A stretch of DNA of 62,240 bases, the filler included, from Choristocarpus tenellus KU-1152 (taxonomy: Eukaryota > Protista > Phaeophyceae): NCBI GenBank assembly GCA_964200185.2. It is 12 parts of 12 records of this genome, joined end to end, with 100 filler letters (N's around TTAATTAATTAA, not from the genome) between each part and the next. Parts side by side here need not be neighbours in the genome. Positions count along the whole stretch, not along the records: positions 37,055 to 39,711 come from CAXNAD020025904.1; positions 39,812 to 48,087 come from CAXNAD020004905.1; positions 48,188 to 51,706 come from CAXNAD020019488.1; 9 more parts are not named here. The stretch is one strand, 5' to 3'. Positions within the stretch are counted from its first letter, which is position 1; every line of letters starts with the position of its first letter. A program made the position numbers and the translations under genes. A model generated the notes under the pieces. The model was not told the origin of the DNA, ran no database searches, and worked only from the letters and a program-made list of their open reading frames with translations. Of the stretch, positions 37,877 through 51,364 are shown piece after piece.

Positions 37877-39071
37877 GTGTCTGAAATTGAAGAGGCAGAA
37901 AAAGATAAAATGCGAAAGAAGTGCAAGAAGATCATCGACCACGGTATAAACGTTTTCATCAACAGGCAGCTCATCTACAACTTCCCCGAGCAGGTGAGAG
38001 TGGAGTGAAAGTGTCTGTACTTCATATTTATCTCTCTAGGCGTGAAATGAAGCGCGCGCCTCTCTCTAGGTTGTGTTTGATGGCCGACAGAAATGGATAG
38101 GCCTGTGCACTGGGTCGATCGTAACTGTGCCTCTGTTCATGTTCATGACAGAGATGTATTCATAGTCTCGGCGATAGAAGGTAACCTTTTTTGTCCAGGT
38201 CTTACTGAAGAGTCCTCTTTCCACTCTCTGTGACCTTGTATCCTTTTTCCTGACATCATGTGCATTTTTGAAGTTGTGGAAGTGTGTGGTGTGGTTTGCT
38301 GTGGTGAATTTATTTCTGTCCTTGAAGTTGGTTGCTCTTGTTCTTTCTCCCTTTCCTCTACTCTCCAACACACACCCCTTTGTAACTTTTCCTTTTGGGC
38401 CTCTGTCTGTCTGTGTCTTGGAAAGGAGCTGATGTGTACTTATGTGTACTGATGTGGTCCTTTGGTATTTGACCGTGCTCAGTTTGTACCCTTGTTTATA
38501 ATATTAGGCTATAGATATGTTTTTTACTCTTACATCTTTGTGGCACAGTTTTGTGTTTTTTATTGAATGGGGACTAACAGAATGCTATTGAACAATAAAA
38601 AACTAATCTGTAACTGTAACTGTAGTGCTGTGATCAGATCAATATTTGAAATAGAGCCCTTTTGGGGGGGGAGGGGGGGGCTGCAGAATAATCTAGGAAA
38701 TTTCCGATTTTCACTCTGAAAAATAAAAAGCAGAAGGGGTTGGTGATGTGGTATATGTGGTAATGATGTTCGCCACGCTATTAAAGATTTAAATAGCATT
38801 GGATACTAAATTCTTTGTGGGAGTAATTGTACAGATGTGTAAACAAACGCCTTTTTGTTTGGTCGTACAACTCCACCAGCATCTTAACACTCACCATGAT
38901 ACACCAAATACAAAAAAACATAAGATCTTTGCAGAGGCGGGCGTTATGGCCATTGAGCACGCTGACTTTGAAGGGGTGGAGAGGCTTGCGGCGGTTACTG
39001 GGGGAGCTACTGCCTCTACTTTTGACCACCCTGAGATGGCGGTGCTTGGAGAGTGCAAGAGGATAGAGGAG
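37877..39071 (+). CDS. CCT2: T-complex protein 1 subunit beta (chaperonin CCT), two internal exons
   Basis: Exons 37877-37993 ([39 protein letters not shown]) and 38925-39071 ([37 protein letters not shown]); FINRQLIYN and AIEHADF are characteristic of CCT-beta. Confidence 0.93.
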
Positions 39072-39924
39072 GTGTGAGACGATTCCCACGGGGTGGGATG
39101 GGGCAGGGGGGGGCAATGGGACTGTTTAATGTAAAGTAGAATAAGGGCTGTGATGTGAGTCTCCCACTAGGTGAAATGTGGGGGGAGGGAGGGATACATT
39201 TATTTAGGTCGGTAGGTAGGATGTTGCATGGGGAGTTGTTTTTTTTGAGAAGTGAAAATCATTTGAAGGAGGAATATGTGCGTGTGTATTGAGTTTATCT
39301 GAATAGTGTAAATTATAGTGCTCTTTTTTTGCTGAATTGCTTAGGTTTGGTATATTGAGGTGGGGTTTTTTTTAGTAAGGGTTAGGGTTAGGGTTCTGCC
39401 TTTTTTTCCTCCCTCCATGCCCTAGTGAAGGACTACTGGGTACATTTTGGTATTGCTTTAGATTGCCACAGTAGTATGACCTATACAGAAATGTCTTTTT
39501 GTGACATTTTGAAGTAGAGCGCAATGGGTGTGAGGGTGGTCCATTGTTCCATTTGGAAGCCATAAAAATGTACTCAGTATACTTCCTAAGTACCTTGTGT
39601 ATGTTGGGTGGGGGGGGGGGGGGGGGGGGGGAGAAAAAAAAACCAAAAGAGCGGGGGGGGGGGGGGGGGGGGGGAAGAGGGGGGGGGCGGGGGCGGGAAA
39701 AAAAAAAAAAANNNNNNNNNNNNNNNNNNNNNNNNNNNNNNNNNNNNNNNNNNNNTTAATTAATTAANNNNNNNNNNNNNNNNNNNNNNNNNNNNNNNNN
39801 NNNNNNNNNNNGGAAAATAGCCGTTGTCCTGGGGGAAAAAAAACCGCAGCTCCCCCCTTTTCAACCGCCCACCCCCACCCCCCCCCCCCCCCCCCCCCCC
39901 CGTCCTTCCTGTACCCCATGTCTC

Positions 39925-40800
39925 ACCACATCTGCCACTGAAGCCTGAACAATGGGTGTCAGCCCTCCCATCATGCCCCCAACAATCCTGCCAAACGCGA
40001 CCCCCGCTAGGGATGTGGAACGAGATACCAGGAAATAGGACAGGAGCGACCCAACCATGCACCCCATCATCACAGGCTTTCGCCCCACACGGTCAGAGAC
40101 ATTGCCCATTATCACACAACCTTGATCGAGTGTGTGAATGTGAATGTGTCAAAAAAAGGTATGCTGCAGATGAGATGAAAAGGAACACCTTTCAGGCCAA
40201 AAGGGTGTATACCTAAGACAGTAGGTGGATAATGTGTGCGTGTGTCGCAAGTACATTCTCCCATATATATCTAAAACTGTTTTTACCAGAAAAAAGTGGT
40301 CGGGATTTTTCAACCTAAAAAACACGGGCCAGATTTTGTAAAAAAAAAGAAAAAAAGTGCCCGATATCGGTAAATTCTACAAAAGAAAAAAAGTAGAAAA
40401 CTAATGCATAGCTGGAACCCCAGTTTGGCCAACACAACGCCAGCAGTCCTGATTGTGTACCAGACGATTCTAATCTCACCAATTGTCTGTGCCATATAGT
40501 TAGATGATACCACCATAGCCAGCTGGAGAGCAGAGGCCTGCAGGCTCATGATGAAGAACGGTAGTGCCGGCAAGGCCATCCCCATCCCAATTGAGTCCAA
40601 CACGTAACAGAGGTACACTGGGGCCAAGCGCCCCATCAGAGCCCCATCACTAGTGTCAGCCTTGCTCACATCTCCTGAAGCTGATGCTCGCCTCACTGCA
40701 GTCCTTGTACCTGAAGCCCCAACGCCATCTTCCTCCTCCCCTGCCCCCCTGCGTCTCCCTTCCTCCCTCTTTTTTTTCTTCTTAGGCCATGGCGGCCTCC
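39925..40800 (-). CDS. Major facilitator superfamily transporter (TetA/MFSD10-like), partial; coordinates approximate
   Basis: Exon ~40800-40480 (LAPVYLCYVLDSIGMGMALPALPFFIMSLQASALQLAMVVSSNYMAQTIG) and exon 40120-~39925 containing MFS motif A GNVSDRVGRKP, then GRIVGGMMGGLTPIVQASVADV. Confidence 0.85.
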
Positions 40801-42811
40801 CTTGTATATTAGAGGGGGGCTGGTGTTCCAGTCATGGGGGAGGGGATAAGGGGGTTGGTGGGATTGGCACTGTCAACAGCTCCTACTTGTGACAGGATGT
40901 AAAAATAAACTTTATTAATGCACACCTCTTGCCACACACAACAGGGAAATCGACTATATATATATATGTAGTACCAGGTACTGCACGGGAGACATACATA
41001 TTGAGAACAATTCAAGTGAAAGGCAATGCCAAGGGGTAGAACAAAAGTGACCCTATACCACATCGGGGGCTCAAAGGGGAAAGGAGGACAAAGGCTTAGG
41101 GGCGTCTTTACAAGTGCTCACATGTTGTTTCAGTTGACTGTCAATTCTTGTACTACAATCATAGTTCACAAGCAAAGTCATCAATAGTGCTAGAGGTGTA
41201 AATAGAAATACATCCATCATAGGGACGCCAAAAAGCAGGGCCTTACTCAGGGCTGTCGATTAACCGTGCTTGCCCAGCCTATTTAAATCTCTGAAGGCCC
41301 TGCCCTGCCCCACAAGTACATATTTTATGGGGCCGACCCTTTCAGAAGCATTACGAACACTAAGTCGACCCCTAGTCTCTTGCCCTAAAACTACATGTTT
41401 AATTTGTATGAAATTACAAATCGTAGCAGAAGGAAGACATCGCTTGATACATTGCCAAGCGTGGGGAGGGGGGAGACAACTAAAATACAAAAAACAGAAG
41501 ATTCCACAACATTGTGCATGGACGCAATATTTGCCGTAGTACTAACACAGCCACTGGGACTCCCAACTCTGGCAGGCGTATCTCCATTGTGTACGGCAGA
41601 AGAGTCCCACACAAAAATCTCCACCATGAGCATGTATAGCTCAATTATTGTCCAATCCTTGCTGAGCAAACTCATGTATTCAGTGCAATGGTGTCTGTGG
41701 TCTTAGCAATATGTGAGGGTTCTCTCCAATCTCATTAACCTTGATAACTTGACTCAACACATGGCACCATATTGGTGTCTCCCTAAAATGCTGGACCAGA
41801 TGGAATCCGACAGACTCCTTCCTGGAACCCTTCCCTAGATTTCTATCCCACCTTGGCAATGCTGCTGTCCTCGAGCACAGCAATACTATCAAATATTCAT
41901 ACTGATTCCGCAGTCAGCGTGTCTCTTATTCCCTCTCTATACTACAACACTGGCTACTTCAAAGAGCTGAGTAACCATGCATCTACAACACATCATGGGG
42001 CATAAAAACGACTTTGAACGCCGTAACAAGAAGTAAGAATAAAACACCAACCAACACAATTCGATATGGAGCGTACCTCTTCTGGGATCACTATCCGCAC
42101 GAGGGGCTTATGTACCCAGGCAGACCCCACCTTAACCACCCACTTGCGTGTGGTTCGAAGAGGCTCCGATGCAGACACCTTTCAGGACAGCAAGGTTTTG
42201 TGTATGGGGAGGCACTGTAGGTGTTTGCATGGGCGCCTTGGCCGCTACCATCACACTCCTAAGGCATTGTAACACGCAATATAACTAATGAAAGGCAGGA
42301 AAGCACAAAAAGATGTATCATTCGCAGAAACCACTGGACAAGACGAACAAAACTCTCCCCTTCTCTTGACGTGATGTTCTTTGTGTTGCATGATAGAAGG
42401 ATTGCTACCTACTGACTATATTCAACACTTCAGAAAAAAGCATCTGACCCCTCATGGGTCAAACAACATGTTCGGTTTTGCTTGTACTGGAGCACACATG
42501 CTGCCAGTTACCGTGCCCTGTCTTCCATGCTGGCGCACCCTACAACAGTGGATCAAAACCAGTAAGCTCTCCCCACCACGGTCTCTTCCTCCCTTGCCTC
42601 CCCTGTACCGCTAGCATTCTTTTTCGCTCCCCTGCCTTACCCCCACATTGCACTCTTGTGTTTCCCTATTCTCAGGTATAAACACTTTATATGGGAGAAG
42701 CACAAAGTACACCATGATGTACTTGATGTACCAACAGCAATGATTGGGTGATCATATTGGGGGTAGGTGATTACAACCACACACACGTACCATAACAAAG
42801 AACTGCGTAAA

Positions 42812-42851
<40 letters not shown>

Positions 42852-43912
42852 CATCTCCACTTCTGTCTTTCAATCCTTGTCTCTGTTCCTCTTCTGACCT
42901 CTGTTCGTCAGATTACCTATACCGTAGTTCTCAAAATAGTATCCCCCAATTTCCACTATTTCCCAAGCTCTCTTGGAGGGATTTTTTTTAGCCCACCTTA
43001 GAGTACGCAATACAGTTGTCTGTGTCGGGATGTGGATCAAGCTCAGAGTTGAGGACCCAATGTATGCCAGTGAAGTACAGGTAGATTGTGGGCGTCCTCC
43101 ACCCACCCTCCGACTAGAGCAGAGGGAAGAGGTCGAAATCAGGGTAATCAAAAACATAAAATATTGTTGAACCCTGGAGCAAGTAGGAGCAGGGTAGCTT
43201 TTATCCGTGTGAAATAGGAGTGCTGGGAGTTATGCCCCTACCATGTCTCCAACCTCGCCCTAGTCACTGCAGGTGAAGAATAAAACATACTCAAAGTATG
43301 GATTTTGATAGGAAGAAACACTGCAGATATGCAACCCATTTCGTTACTACCCTCCAGAAAAGACAACGCGATCCTTTCAGTATGATGGTGCCATCTCTCC
43401 GACTTGAAGCACAAGAAAGCTGGTGTCCTAAATAAAAAAAGCCGTCCGAACACAACCAGTCGTCCACTCCCAATGAGGTTTTTCTACACAATACACTTGA
43501 CTTTAAACTAAAGGCGCACAGGATAAGTAATACTGTGTCATGCACCACATCACACGCCGGCAGTGATGGGGTGTTTCAATCTCATATCTTAACCCATGAA
43601 AACACCCACCACGCCAGATCGGTTTCTGTCAACAAGGACGAAGTCAAAAGATGCCGTAAGGGTCTCAAACACAGACACGAACTGTGGCCTCCACATATAT
43701 ACACCCCGGGGTTCCTTAGAAACTGTCCTTCCCATAGACTGATCAACGAGAGGCACAGTACAAAGAGGTAAGAACCACCAGTCTCTTCCAAGTGAACGGA
43801 ACACCAGGTCCGAATCACAACCTGCTCGTTGGCCGTCCCTCATCCTTCACATATCATATACTGCCATTTTCAACCAAGTGAAGAATTCAAGAGAGTATGA
43901 AGATGAACCCAC

Positions 43913-44272
43913 CTTGCTGCTGGCCTTCTCGTAGTAAGGCGCATCGTTTATCATCCCCTTTTGCTGGTACACCCCATCGATATCAGGCAGACTCGGTAGG
44001 TCCTTGGCGCCTTTAACTTCTACGGCCACAGACACCGACTCCACACCCTGTCCAGCAGTCTTTCGTTCATATGCGACAGCACTCCCTTCATGATGGGACC
44101 TAGAATGTTGTTTTCGTCTCCGAGGGTGTTGTTGTTCCTGTCCCAACACCTTTTCAGATGGCCAAGACCCTTGGTGAGAAACCGCGGAACCTGGGTTGGA
44201 CGGAAGACCTCTAACGAATAAATGAGGTACCAGCAAGACTGTCAACAATAGATCAAAGCAGCGGCCCGCCAT
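43913..44272 (-). CDS. First exon of an unknown secreted or membrane protein (signal peptide); downstream exons unresolved
   Basis: MAGRCFDLLLTVLLVPHLFVRG hydrophobic N-terminus, GVYQQKGMINDAPYYEK, AAG|GTGGGT donor; divergent from the gene starting at 45038. Confidence 0.5.
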
Positions 44273-45037
44273 GCGAGTGTCTAGATAGCTGTATCAAGGG
44301 CAACGAAAAACGAATGCCAGATCCCACATTGACCCGACTTGAACCCCCTGGAACTCCCAGAAGGCGTGTGCATGAAAGCATTTTAGACTCATTTTCAAAC
44401 TACACATTTTGAAACAAAACCCCATGCACTTAATGGCCCCACCAAAGTCTGTGGGGAAGTCACAGAACAAATCAGGGAGTCATAACTCTTCGTCCACCCG
44501 TGCTGAAGGAGAAGCTTGTGTAGGTGGTGTCATGAAGCGAAAACACAGCATCAAGGGAACCGTGCATGGTAAAGAATATGCAAAGCTGTTGACCCATCCT
44601 TTCAAACAGCAACCTCCTTTTGCCTCACCATAATCTACAATGCTTTGGTGATCCAGCCCACAAGCATTCCTCGTTTATCATTAGTTATATATCTCCGACC
44701 GATTGTAGCTATACGTCATATAAGGTCCTTCTAGTCTCTCCTAAATGATCACTCACTTCTCCCCTCACACTCCCCAGATATTCGGGTCTTCTTCTCCAAA
44801 CCTGCCGTTTTCGAGAAGGAACCTGTCTCTTCTTTACCCACCTTGGCATCCATCTTGCCAAACCCAACCACTACTGAAAGCGAGGAAGTGACACGGACGA
44901 AAGTCCGGACAGAACCCAGGGACCTCACTTCCCCATCCCAGCAAACAGAGTCAAGGGGAAGCTCTCGCCCTAAAACACCCAAGGACAAAGAGAACGGGGC
45001 AGTCGTCCGACGTGATCGGTCTCGTCGCCAGGGTGTT

Positions 45038-48000
45038 ATGAGCAAATTCGCCCTTTTATCCATATCTAGTGGGACTTTTTTTCGTCTTCCCTCAACGGCC
45101 ATAGTTGGGCGCGATTCTGTCCGTGACAAAAACAACAAGCACAAGCTTGTCCTCGGCATACCAACCTCAGAGCAAGGGGTGTCCCGAGAGCAAGCAAACT
45201 TGGTGGCTGGTCCCGACTCGAACAGAGTCTCCGTCCAAGCTACAGCCAAGGCTCTAAACCCCGTGCGGATCCGACGAGGTGGCAACGGCGTAATGAGAGA
45301 TAATGTTGTCCTCAAGTGTGGAAAGAAGGATGTGATGTACTTGGGAGATACACTCGAAATTGACGGTTTCCGTCTCAAGTCGAAATTTGCGTATACCCTG
45401 TGTCTTTGGACAGAGTCAAAATCTGGGGATAACACACTAGGGGACCATGTTAAGACTGAGGCGAGGTCTATGGGCCCAGGTTCTCTGCACCACCCTGGTG
45501 AAGAAGGGAGTGCTAACAAGGAGACCCCACCCATCCACACTAATAAGGAGTTCACAAATCCAATAGTGTCTTCCCCAAAAGAATCTCCAAGGAAAAAAAT
45601 CAAGACCACTCCAGAATACGTGGACATCTCAGGTAATAGCCTACCTCCAGTCCCCATCATATCCACCACTGCACAAGGATCGCAACTGACTTATCCAAAT
45701 TCCTGGGGTGACCAACCTGTTGGTCCAAACAACACCCTGGCCAACACAATTTCACCATCACAGTTAGCCAAAACCAGTTCAAACACCTCTCTTTGTCCTC
45801 ATGGAAGCCCTGGTCTAATGGGACCGGGAGTAGGACTAGGGTCAAGTGTTGGGGTCAGAACTGGCATGGTCAATGACATTGGGATGGTAGATACTTTTCC
45901 AGGTGGGGGTGTTGGAGAAAGCTCCAAGGAAGACGAAAGCACAGATGCAGGCATGAGCTCAGGCCAGAGAAGCCTGGGGATGATTGAAAGATCATTGACG
46001 GTTGGGGCACACATCGCAGGTACCAACCGTGGCAGCCCTGGAAACCCGCCAAGCAAGAGATTATGTCTTATTGATCTCAGCGAAAGGGAGAGCCAGCAAT
46101 CACATAGCCTAAGTGGGTATGGCTCCTCCTTGCAGGTGCTGGATCTGAGCCTGATCAATGAGAAGGAGAGGGATAAGGGAGATGGTGTCTGCAGTAGGGG
46201 GAATTCCTCTGAAGCCCCTCTGGATCTCTGCTCTAGCTCCTCTGAAGTTGCAAATATGCCAGATTGGGAGGAAGAGAAGGATGCAGAGTCAGAGCAGGAA
46301 AAGGTGCAAAAGGAGACCCTCACCTCGACCTCAACCCCTGACCCCACTCTTCTGCACAGCTGTGTGCCTGGAAACTCTGCTGGGGGAAGTGAGGACCTCA
46401 GTCAGGGGTCACAGGGGTCACTTAGCCAAGGAGATCCAAGTCAGGCGGGGAAGGGAGAAGTTGAGGAGGAAGAGGAAAACATTTGTACCCCACCCACACA
46501 GGTTATGCTTGCACCCTCGCAGGATGCAGTCAGTACAAACCTTGTATTGCTACCGGAGACATTGGTGGATCCACCCCCCACCCCTTCTCTTTCCAGCAAG
46601 GATATGCTTGAGCCGAATGCTGAGTCACAGCCCATCCCTTCTGGTATCAACAAGGATATACTTAAGTCCATGGCTGAGTCACCCCCAACCCCCCCTGTTA
46701 CTAGCCTGGAGGGTGGCATCATAACCAGCACGGCTGTTACGCAAGAGGATGGCACTGCCGCTGTCCCTCTGTTGAAGGTCAATGACCCCTCAGCCCCTTG
46801 CCCTCCAGTGTTATCCCAGGCCCCATCCTCGTTGCCTGTGGTGGAGTCAGTTGTCACCGTTGCCAAAGCCACTTCCTCCTCTTCTGCTGCCAAGGAAAAA
46901 GTGCGTGCAGTATCGCCCAGATTTTTGGTGGGCTCAACGGCTATGCTGGCGCATCGAACTCGCCCGGGTGAGAACAAGCATGGTGGGGTTGTCCGTGTGC
47001 TGGAGGCGTTTGCTGACTGCACATACACGGTCCGAATCATAGTAGGTGAGTCAGGGATGTGTCTTAGGATGTGGGATGATCAATAGTTGGACAATAGGGA
47101 CGTGTAAGAAGGGCAGGGCTTCTGATGTTCTGTATCTAACGTTACCCTTGTTGAAGTGCTTGGAGTTGAGCTGTACATAGGAAGGCATGTTTTGCTCCAC
47201 CATCCACCTTTCATCATTTTTTGGTATGTGTGTGTGTAAGTCTAGATTCACCATTAACGCATTCTTCATGTACCTCCACCCCTGTTGTTGGTATTTGTTG
47301 GTTATGATTTTCATTTTAGGTGGGTGTTGTAGGCACAACATCAAGGTTGGGAGCCAGCACCAGAGTTCCCGGTTTGATTACCTGACCAGACCTGACCTAA
47401 CTTCCCTCCCCACCTCCATGTCTTGTTTCCTGTACTCTCTCAATCAAGAATGCATCGTCCTCAGTACAATTCCATACATAACCAGATCTGGTCCAAATCC
47501 CTGTTGTTGCTGAATTGCTCCTGGTAAATCCCTCTCTTTTAGGACTGAATGCATCGAGACAACGCAAGTTCTCATCCACCCCCCACCCCCCGCCCCACAG
47601 GTAGAAGTAGGCCTGAAACTGTCTCGGAGGAACTCCTCTCACCCTACGAAGATAGTTCTCAGCGCCCCCGTTGTCACACCAGTGGCAACGTGCCCTCACT
47701 CTCAGACAGGAACCTCAGCAATCATGTATCATCTGCAGTCACCACCAATCCTTCTGAGGTGATACGAGCTCAGGCAGGGAATGGGGTTAGCACCGTAAGC
47801 CCCAATAGGGCCAGCAAGAGATTCGTTCCTGGAGATCGTATAGCAATCTTGTATGACAAGGTGAATTGGCGTACAGGCACTGTGACAAAGGTGTATACTG
47901 ACAACTTGGCAACGGTGAGCTTTGACAATGGAAGCATTGAGGAGGTAGATGTGGGGAATAATTCGGACTGGTCTCTGTTCAGTCCTCCAGGCAAGGAAAA

Positions 48001-48087
48001 AGGCGGTGTGGGAGGTTGGAGTGTTGTAGGGGGTGGCAGAGGTACAAGTACCCGAGGTCACAAGGCATCTGGTGGGGGGGGGGGGGG
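45038..48087 (+). CDS. FHA-domain protein with a long disordered linker, SIM-like motifs and two Tudor-like domains (partial, runs to contig end)
   Basis: ATG 45038; ~670-codon exon to 47045 (G|GTGAGT); phase-compatible exon from 47601. FHA signatures IVGR, GVSR, LNP, LGDTLEI; Tudor-like RFLVG..GGVVRVLEAFADCTYTVRII and RFVPGDRIAILYDKVNWRTGTVTKVYTDNLATVSFDNGSIEEV. Confidence 0.7.
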
Positions 48088-50899
48088 NNNNNNNNNNNNN
48101 NNNNNNNNNNNNNNNNNNNNNNNNNNNNNNNTTAATTAATTAANNNNNNNNNNNNNNNNNNNNNNNNNNNNNNNNNNNNNNNNNNNNGTGTTGATGCAAT
48201 TTGAGGCATCAAAGGCAGTCGCGAAAGAAATAATAATCAACCACCAATGTACAACTGTCATCTTCTCCTGATAAGGAGAAAGAGTGAAAGAAAAAACAAA
48301 CAACAGAACAACAGAACAAATTGAACCAATATGTGATGCAACTAAAGTGACGTACACCATACTATACTATTTGTGTGGAACGCAGAGCGAGTATTCTGTA
48401 CTGAGTTGTTCTGATTGTAGTTGATGTGGTGATGACAAACTAGTGGAAGTAACGTCCAGAACGTAACAGACCAATCAACAGTCAGTGTTGACTGTTGGAA
48501 CTGTATTGTATCAAGGAACAAACAGATGAGTAGCCTATGTTTTAACATAGTTAACAACTTGCCAAAATTATAAACTGGAGGGCAACTTTGTTCGTGGACA
48601 TCCCAAAAACGCATTGGGGGTAAGTGTTTATGGGAAGGATACTTAACAACGAGGGGATGTTTCCGTGAACATTATCAGACACAGACGGACTCTGGGTGAG
48701 AAGTACCCATCGTCATATTTAAGGTTTCCATTGCCAATGCCACCAATCTTGGTCATGCAGAGTCCCCTCCATCGCCTCATCAATATTCTTCTTGGCGTAG
48801 ACGAGAGTCAGTGATCGACATGTATGTCTGGACATCAAATGTCGTCCCCGCACTGTCTTCACCCTTGTCCTCGTGGTCTTCTGCCAACACGCTGAACCGG
48901 TTCAGGTCCGAATTACGGCCAGGGCCTTCCCTCAGCCTCTGCTCCGCCATCCCTTACTGCTCTAGCGAGCCATTAGGGACGCCTTTGTCTACCGATGTAG
49001 ACGCGGGAATCGGTCGAGGTTGGGCATTAATGGTACCCTCTTCATTACCTCCAGCAGTTGTCATGCTTAAGGTCACCTTCTACTTCCCCTTCCTTGTAGT
49101 CGACTTCTCTTTGCTGGTGGCATTAGATGTGGTGGTAGGTGTGGGAGTGGTAATGCCAGACATAATGTCGCGTGAGTCAGCCCCCTTGAACACTCGTTGT
49201 GGGTACCACTATGGAAATGCCAAGGCGCCAAAGCTCTCTGCACAAGGGGGCAATACACAATTACCAGACTGAACTCTTCAACCTCAGAGGGTGAGACCGA
49301 GTTCACAGGTCTTGGCCCAACATCTCAAAGTCAGTTGAGGAAATCCAGAACAAAACAACAACCTGAAAGCACAACATATGTCCTAGAATGACTGACCAAC
49401 GTCACAGCAGAGAAATGGATCGGTCAGAATCGGAACGGATCTTCGTTCTGACAGTCCCTTTTGACTGTTTGGTCATATCCGGATCTTATGGATGTGGTTG
49501 GTTTTTATGACCTGGTTGGTATGGGCGAGTTCCAATGACGTGGTTGGCACACGCAAATTTATATCACTGCGCGTGTTGCCCACAAATGCATGTGTTGGAG
49601 ATCCCCCAAAAGGAACCTGCTCCTCACATATATATCATTTCCTGAAGGGAACGTTTATCAACAAGTAATCTGAGTTTTTTGGGTGGAAGAATTCTGGTTG
49701 ATTGGGGGCACAGGGGAAGGGAGGGGACAGGAAAGAAAGAAAAAATAGCACAAGGGTGTGAACGAAGAGTTATATACTGAGTGGTTGAGAGAGGGAGGAG
49801 AGAAGTTAAAGAAATGGATGGTAAGCGGAATCAGAAGGGAGGAAGGGCTGGCCAATATTGAATTGAAAAGAAAACCTTGGGCTAGATCAAGACGACCCCC
49901 GAGCAAGCTTTCAAGCAAGCCTTTCCGCCCACTGAAGCTCTGCACGATTAGATAGAAACAATTCATAAGCAAAACTTGCCCAACTGAGTTAGCATGGCAG
50001 AAGGAGGAGAGAGGGGGATGGAAGAAACCAGGCGATGTGGGGAGGATTCATTGGAAGGATGGATAAGGAAAAGGGTGAGGCAGAAAGAAAGGCGTATGAG
50101 GGATGGGGGGAACAAAAGGAGTCGAAGGAAGAAGAAGAAAAGAGGGAAGAGCTAGCAGCGAAAAGAATGCGAGAGGAGATTGAGCAAGTCAGGAGAGATT
50201 TGAGGATCAGTGTCGAGGATGAGGATGAGAAGATAGGAGAAGAGGAGGGGGAGGAAGGGGGAAACAACAAAGGAGATAATGAACCCAAGCAATTCCAGCC
50301 TCTGGCAAAAGGCGTAGCCCAACTAACGGAAAGGATGGACAACATAATGGATATTTTAAGAGGGCCAAACCAAACAAGTACATCAGGACAATTTGACGGG
50401 AACTGAGGGATGGGAGGAGAAGGAAAAACAATGAATGGGGAAGGATCGATGCTCTGGTCGACAATGGCCGGTTGGCAGTTGGTCGGTGGAGTGCGTAGGT
50501 AAAGACGGAAGGGCAGGTGTGGTAATGTTATGGGTGAGAACGTTGCGGGTTTGGGGGGGGGGCACGGGGAGAAGTCCAAGGAGTACAAGGCGTCCAAGCT
50601 CCGAAATCCGTGTCTGGCCATTATAATTCAGTGTGTATGTGGGTGTGGGTAGTCACTGTAGCCCAGCCAGTAGTCGCCATAGCACAGGTGAAGTACACAA
50701 ATGACGACTCGAACCAGGTACCAGCAGGACAATGAAGGACAATGAGACAGGTGATGACGAGTGTTGCTGTAACAGTCCAGTGAAGGTGGCTTGTCAATTT
50801 GTGGGGAGATGGAGGTTCCCAATGCCGGGGGCACTGATGGCGTGGGCAGGGGTAAAAAGGGTATGACAAGAGGTGGTGGGTGGTGTGTTTGACAGGGGG

Positions 50900-51360
50900 G
50901 ATTAGCTAGGGGAGGAGCTGTGAAGCCAGGGTGGTGTGATCGTGATAAGGTCAGGTTTGGGTGTGTCTTGTACTGTGAGTGTGTGCTTGGTCGTAATTGG
51001 TGGTGGGGTGGGGGCATCGGGTGGTGGTGAGGAGGGGACAGGGGGGTAGTTTGGAAAATGGTGCAGGTGATGTCCAGGTTGGTGACAGTAGCTGCAGTGG
51101 AGAGCTCGATCAGTAGGAATAAGCCTGAGGGGTCCCCGACTTAGCCTTTGGTCTTGCGGACGCACATGAGACACTGGTCGGGATTATTGCCCCCTGCTGG
51201 AGTCCGTGAAGGTCTTGCGCAGGTCCATGGCAGGTAGCAACGAGATTTTGTAACAGCTGGTCATCAACTTCTTGGTATTGGATGGGAGTTGTTGATTGGA
51301 TTGAAAAACGTTCACACAAGTTGCCAATGTAGTTGATCTGCGTAATGGAGAGGGTACCAC
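50900..51360 (-). mobile_element. Degenerate retroelement gag-like remnant with a damaged zinc knuckle
   Basis: CSYCHQPGHHLHHF (CX2CX4HX4C with the last Cys lost) followed by a Pro-rich tract; internal stops. Confidence 0.45.
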
Positions 51361-51364
51361 GCTA

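Noticed and set aside
41404-41490. ILVVSPLPTLGN resembling SNF2/helicase motif Ia
   Set aside because: No Walker A or DExH motifs nearby; the first residues appear to be intronic
44749-47040. Long minus-strand ORFs (306, 182 and 199 aa)
   Set aside because: Antisense shadows of the FHA-protein exon
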